In this document: in pieces, positions 5,934 to 7,862 of the stretch
Layout of the letters: every line of letters begins with the position of its first letter
Numbering within the stretch: position 1 is the stretch's first letter
Origin: a virus
Taxonomy: Duplodnaviria; Heunggongvirae; Uroviricota; Caudoviricetes
Reading direction: 5' to 3' (one strand)
Length of the DNA stretch: 7,862 nt
Virus record (IMG/VR): IMGVR_UViG_2548876959_000005
Coordinates: 1-7,862 of that record
The notes under the pieces: model-generated
Told to the model about the DNA's origin: nothing
What the model saw: the letters and a program-made list of their open reading frames with translations, nothing else
Database searches by the model: none
Position numbers and translations under genes: made by a program

Positions 5934-6311
5934 ATGGACGAATCAAGAAAGCAGTTTGAAGAAAGTTGGTTGCGACGTGGGGGCGAATCTTCAGACCTTA
6001 TCCGTTACCCTGAAAATCACCATGAAATTGGCAGCGGTAATATTGGTGGTCAATACGTGATGGACGATGTTCAAGGCCACTGGCAAACGTGGCAGGCATC
6101 GCGAGCAGCTATTGAACTGGATATCGACTGGCCCGAGTCGAATGACGACTTCTGGAAAGATGGTGAAGAAGGCGCTTATGCGATGGGCTATATGGATGGG
6201 CGTGACAAAACGGTAATTGTAGTAATGAAAGCTATCAGAGCCGCTGGAATTAAAGAGAAGAATTTCGATGAAGCAAATATACATGCTTCGCAACGAAGCA
6301 ATCAGAAATAA
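5934..6311 (+). CDS. Hypothetical acidic 125-aa protein
   Basis: ORF with a GAGGG ribosome-binding site 8 nt upstream of the ATG. Acidic and Trp-rich (DIDWPESNDDFWKDGEEGAY). 3' end overlaps the ninB start by 44 nt. No family recognised. Confidence 0.55.
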   Translation: MDESRKQFEESWLRRGGESSDLIRYPENHHEIGSGNIGGQYVMDDVQGHWQTWQASRAAIELDIDWPESNDDFWKDGEEGAYAMGYMDGRDKTVIVVMKAIRAAGIKEKNFDEANIHASQRSNQK

Positions 6312-6714
6312 CGCTATAGACGCAATACTCTCACTTCCGATCGACGACAAGTCACCTCACGAAGTCCACGTCAAAGAACCTAAGCGAACCAAAGCGCAGA
6401 ACGACCGTATGTGGCCGATGCTTCAGGACGTTTCCCGTCAGGTGCTATGGCATGGTCAACGGCTGGCGCCGGAAGACTGGAAAGACCTGTTCACTGCCCT
6501 GTGGCTTAAGACCAAAAAATTGGAGCAACGAAGTGTGCCTGGTATCGATGGTGGTGTTGTCATGCTTGGCGTGCGTACCAGCAAAATGCGAAAGGCCAGC
6601 ATGACTGAGCTTATCGAAATCATGTTCTGGTTCGGCTCAGAGCGCAACGTGCGGTGGAGTGATGACTCCCGGCGAGAGTATGAATGGTCACAACGAAAAG
6701 GGAAGGCTGCATGA
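6268..6714 (+). CDS. ninB: NinB/Orf-family recombination protein
   Basis: 148-aa ORF that aligns by eye with lambda NinB over conserved blocks (QNDRMWPMLQDVSRQVLWHG, SERNVRWSDDSRREYEW). Its stop overlaps the next start (ATGA). Confidence 0.8.
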   Translation: MKQIYMLRNEAIRNNAIDAILSLPIDDKSPHEVHVKEPKRTKAQNDRMWPMLQDVSRQVLWHGQRLAPEDWKDLFTALWLKTKKLEQRSVPGIDGGVVMLGVRTSKMRKASMTELIEIMFWFGSERNVRWSDDSRREYEWSQRKGKAA

Positions 6715-7238
6715 CTATCAAATCAAATACGCCAGCACACGACAAGGACTGCTGGCAAACGCCGCTTTGGCTTTTTGATGCACTGGATATTGAGTTTGGA
6801 TTCTGGCTGGATTCGGCAGCGAGCGACAAAAATGCTCTGTGCGCTCACTGGCTAACTGAGGCTGACGACGCGCTAAATTCTGAGTGGATAAGCCACGGTG
6901 CAATCTGGAATAACCCACCGTACAGCAATATCAGGCCGTGGGTGGAAAAAGCCGCTGAGCAGTGCATACAACAGCGACAGACGGTAGTGATGCTTGTGCC
7001 AGAGGATATGTCTGTCGGATGGTTCAGCAAGGCTCTGGAGAGTGTTGACGAAGTTCGTATTATCACTGATGGACGGATTAATTTTATCGAACCATCGACA
7101 GGGCTGGAGAAGAAGGGAAACAGCAAAGGCTCCATGCTGCTGATTTGGCGACCGTTCATTAGTCCTCGACGGATGTTTACTACCGTATCCAAAGCGGCAT
7201 TGATGGCGATCGGGCAGGGCGTCAGGAGGGCGGCATGA
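6711..7238 (+). CDS. Phage DNA N6-adenine methyltransferase (Dam family)
   Basis: ORF with a [13 protein letters not shown] motif and the catalytic NPPYS motif typical of phage Dam-type methyltransferases. Start set at ATG 6711 (GGGAAGG ribosome-binding site, overlaps the ninB stop) rather than the upstream ATG 6684 in the track. Confidence 0.8.
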   Translation: MTIKSNTPAHDKDCWQTPLWLFDALDIEFGFWLDSAASDKNALCAHWLTEADDALNSEWISHGAIWNNPPYSNIRPWVEKAAEQCIQQRQTVVMLVPEDMSVGWFSKALESVDEVRIITDGRINFIEPSTGLEKKGNSKGSMLLIWRPFISPRRMFTTVSKAALMAIGQGVRRAA

Positions 7239-7411
7239 GACGACAGCGACGAAGTATCACCGACATCATCTGCGAAAACTGCAAATACCTTCCAACGAAA
7301 CGCTCCAGAAATAAACGCAAGCCAATCCCAAAAGAATCTGACGTAAAAACCTTCAACTACACGGCTCACCTGTGGGATATCCGGTGGCTAAGACATCGTG
7401 CGAGGAAATGA
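7235..7411 (+). CDS. ninE: NinE-like small basic protein
   Basis: 58-aa ORF not in the supplied track ([58 protein letters not shown]), translated by hand; matches my recollection of lambda NinE. ATG overlaps the methyltransferase stop (ATGA). Confidence 0.7.
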   Translation: MRRQRRSITDIICENCKYLPTKRSRNKRKPIPKESDVKTFNYTAHLWDIRWLRHRARK

Positions 7412-7413
7412 CA

Positions 7414-7773
7414 ATGGATTATTCACAGTTAAGTGATTTTGAAATTAACGTGGCGGTATTCGAAGCCATTCATAACGGATCACCGGATTACAAAGAAGGT
7501 GAGAATGGCGCGATGGTGTTTATCTCATTTGAGGGAGACATTGTAAACGGAGACGCAGTTGAAGTAGAAGTTGAGCGCGGATCCTTTAACCCATGCGCAA
7601 ACCCAGCAGACGCATGGCCGATTATTGAAAAATACAGGATTAGCATTATCAATCTCGATGAAGACGAGTGGGGTGCACGCGGTGTGGCCTACTGTAAATC
7701 TAAGCGAGCTATACATGAAAATCCCCTCCGCGCCGCCATGATTGTCTTTCTCATGATGCAGAGAATCCAATAA
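7414..7773 (+). CDS. Hypothetical nin-region protein (119 aa)
   Basis: ORF with a GAGGA ribosome-binding site 7 nt upstream of ATG 7414. ATG 7408, which overlaps the ninE stop, is an alternative; the track's 7372 start is unlikely. Acidic; its stop overlaps the ninF start (TAATG). Confidence 0.6.
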   Translation: MDYSQLSDFEINVAVFEAIHNGSPDYKEGENGAMVFISFEGDIVNGDAVEVEVERGSFNPCANPADAWPIIEKYRISIINLDEDEWGARGVAYCKSKRAIHENPLRAAMIVFLMMQRIQ

Positions 7774-7862
7774 TGCTTAGCCCATCCCAATCCCTTCAAT
7801 ACCAGAAAGAAAGCGTCGAGCGAGCTTTAACGTGCGCTAACTGCGGTCAGAAGCTGCATGTG
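7773..7862 (+). CDS. ninF: NinF-like protein, 5' portion (runs off the window end)
   Basis: Hand translation from ATG 7773 gives MLSPSQSLQYQKESVERALTCANCGQKLHV, which matches my recollection of the lambda NinF N-terminus (Cys-x-x-Cys zinc-ribbon-like start). Truncated by the window edge. Confidence 0.6.
   Translation, partial: MLSPSQSLQYQKESVERALTCANCGQKLHV

Noticed and set aside
5514-6350. Minus-strand track ORFs 5514-5846, 5689-5946 and 5991-6350
   Set aside because: Antisense to the helicase 3' end, the terminator and the plus-strand small genes; all flanking genes are on the plus strand in one operon, and these frames lack ribosome-binding sites.
6456-7369. Minus-strand track ORFs 6456-6647, 6620-6829, 6718-6918 and 6845-7369
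   Set aside because: Antisense to ninB, the Dam-family methyltransferase and ninE, all of which have family-level support and coupled start codons on the plus strand.
7372-7413. Track start at 7372 for the gene after ninE
   Set aside because: It would overlap ninE by 40 nt in another frame with no ribosome-binding site; ATG 7414 has a GAGGA site at good spacing.
7525-7770. Minus-strand track ORF 7525-7770
   Set aside because: Antisense to the plus-strand nin-region gene; no supporting signals.

Overview
This window is the early regulatory and replication core of a lambdoid temperate phage or prophage, probably enterobacterial, with the same gene order as phage lambda. No homology search was possible; all calls rest on reading the sequence and on remembered protein families. 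Left to right: a leftward pL operon (unknown 156-aa gene, N antiterminator) with nutL and pL/OL; a LexA-like cI repressor with a small membrane protein co-transcribed downstream of it; OR/pR; cro; nutR; cII; an extra 90-aa ORF; an O-type replication initiator with an iteron origin inside it; a DnaB-type helicase; a tR2-like terminator; two unknown small genes where lambda has ren; then ninB, a Dam-family adenine methyltransferase, ninE, an unknown gene and the start of ninF. The regulatory sites are directly readable: five AATAC-N5-GTATT operator-like palindromes and a boxA plus identical 18-nt boxB hairpin on both sides of the immunity region. The best candidates for an undescribed function are the cargo genes at known lambdoid accessory positions: the membrane protein after cI (rexB position), the 156-aa gene coupled to N, the 90-aa gene between cII and O, and the membrane/acidic pair in the ren position. 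No rRNA, tRNA, CRISPR array or transposase was seen.
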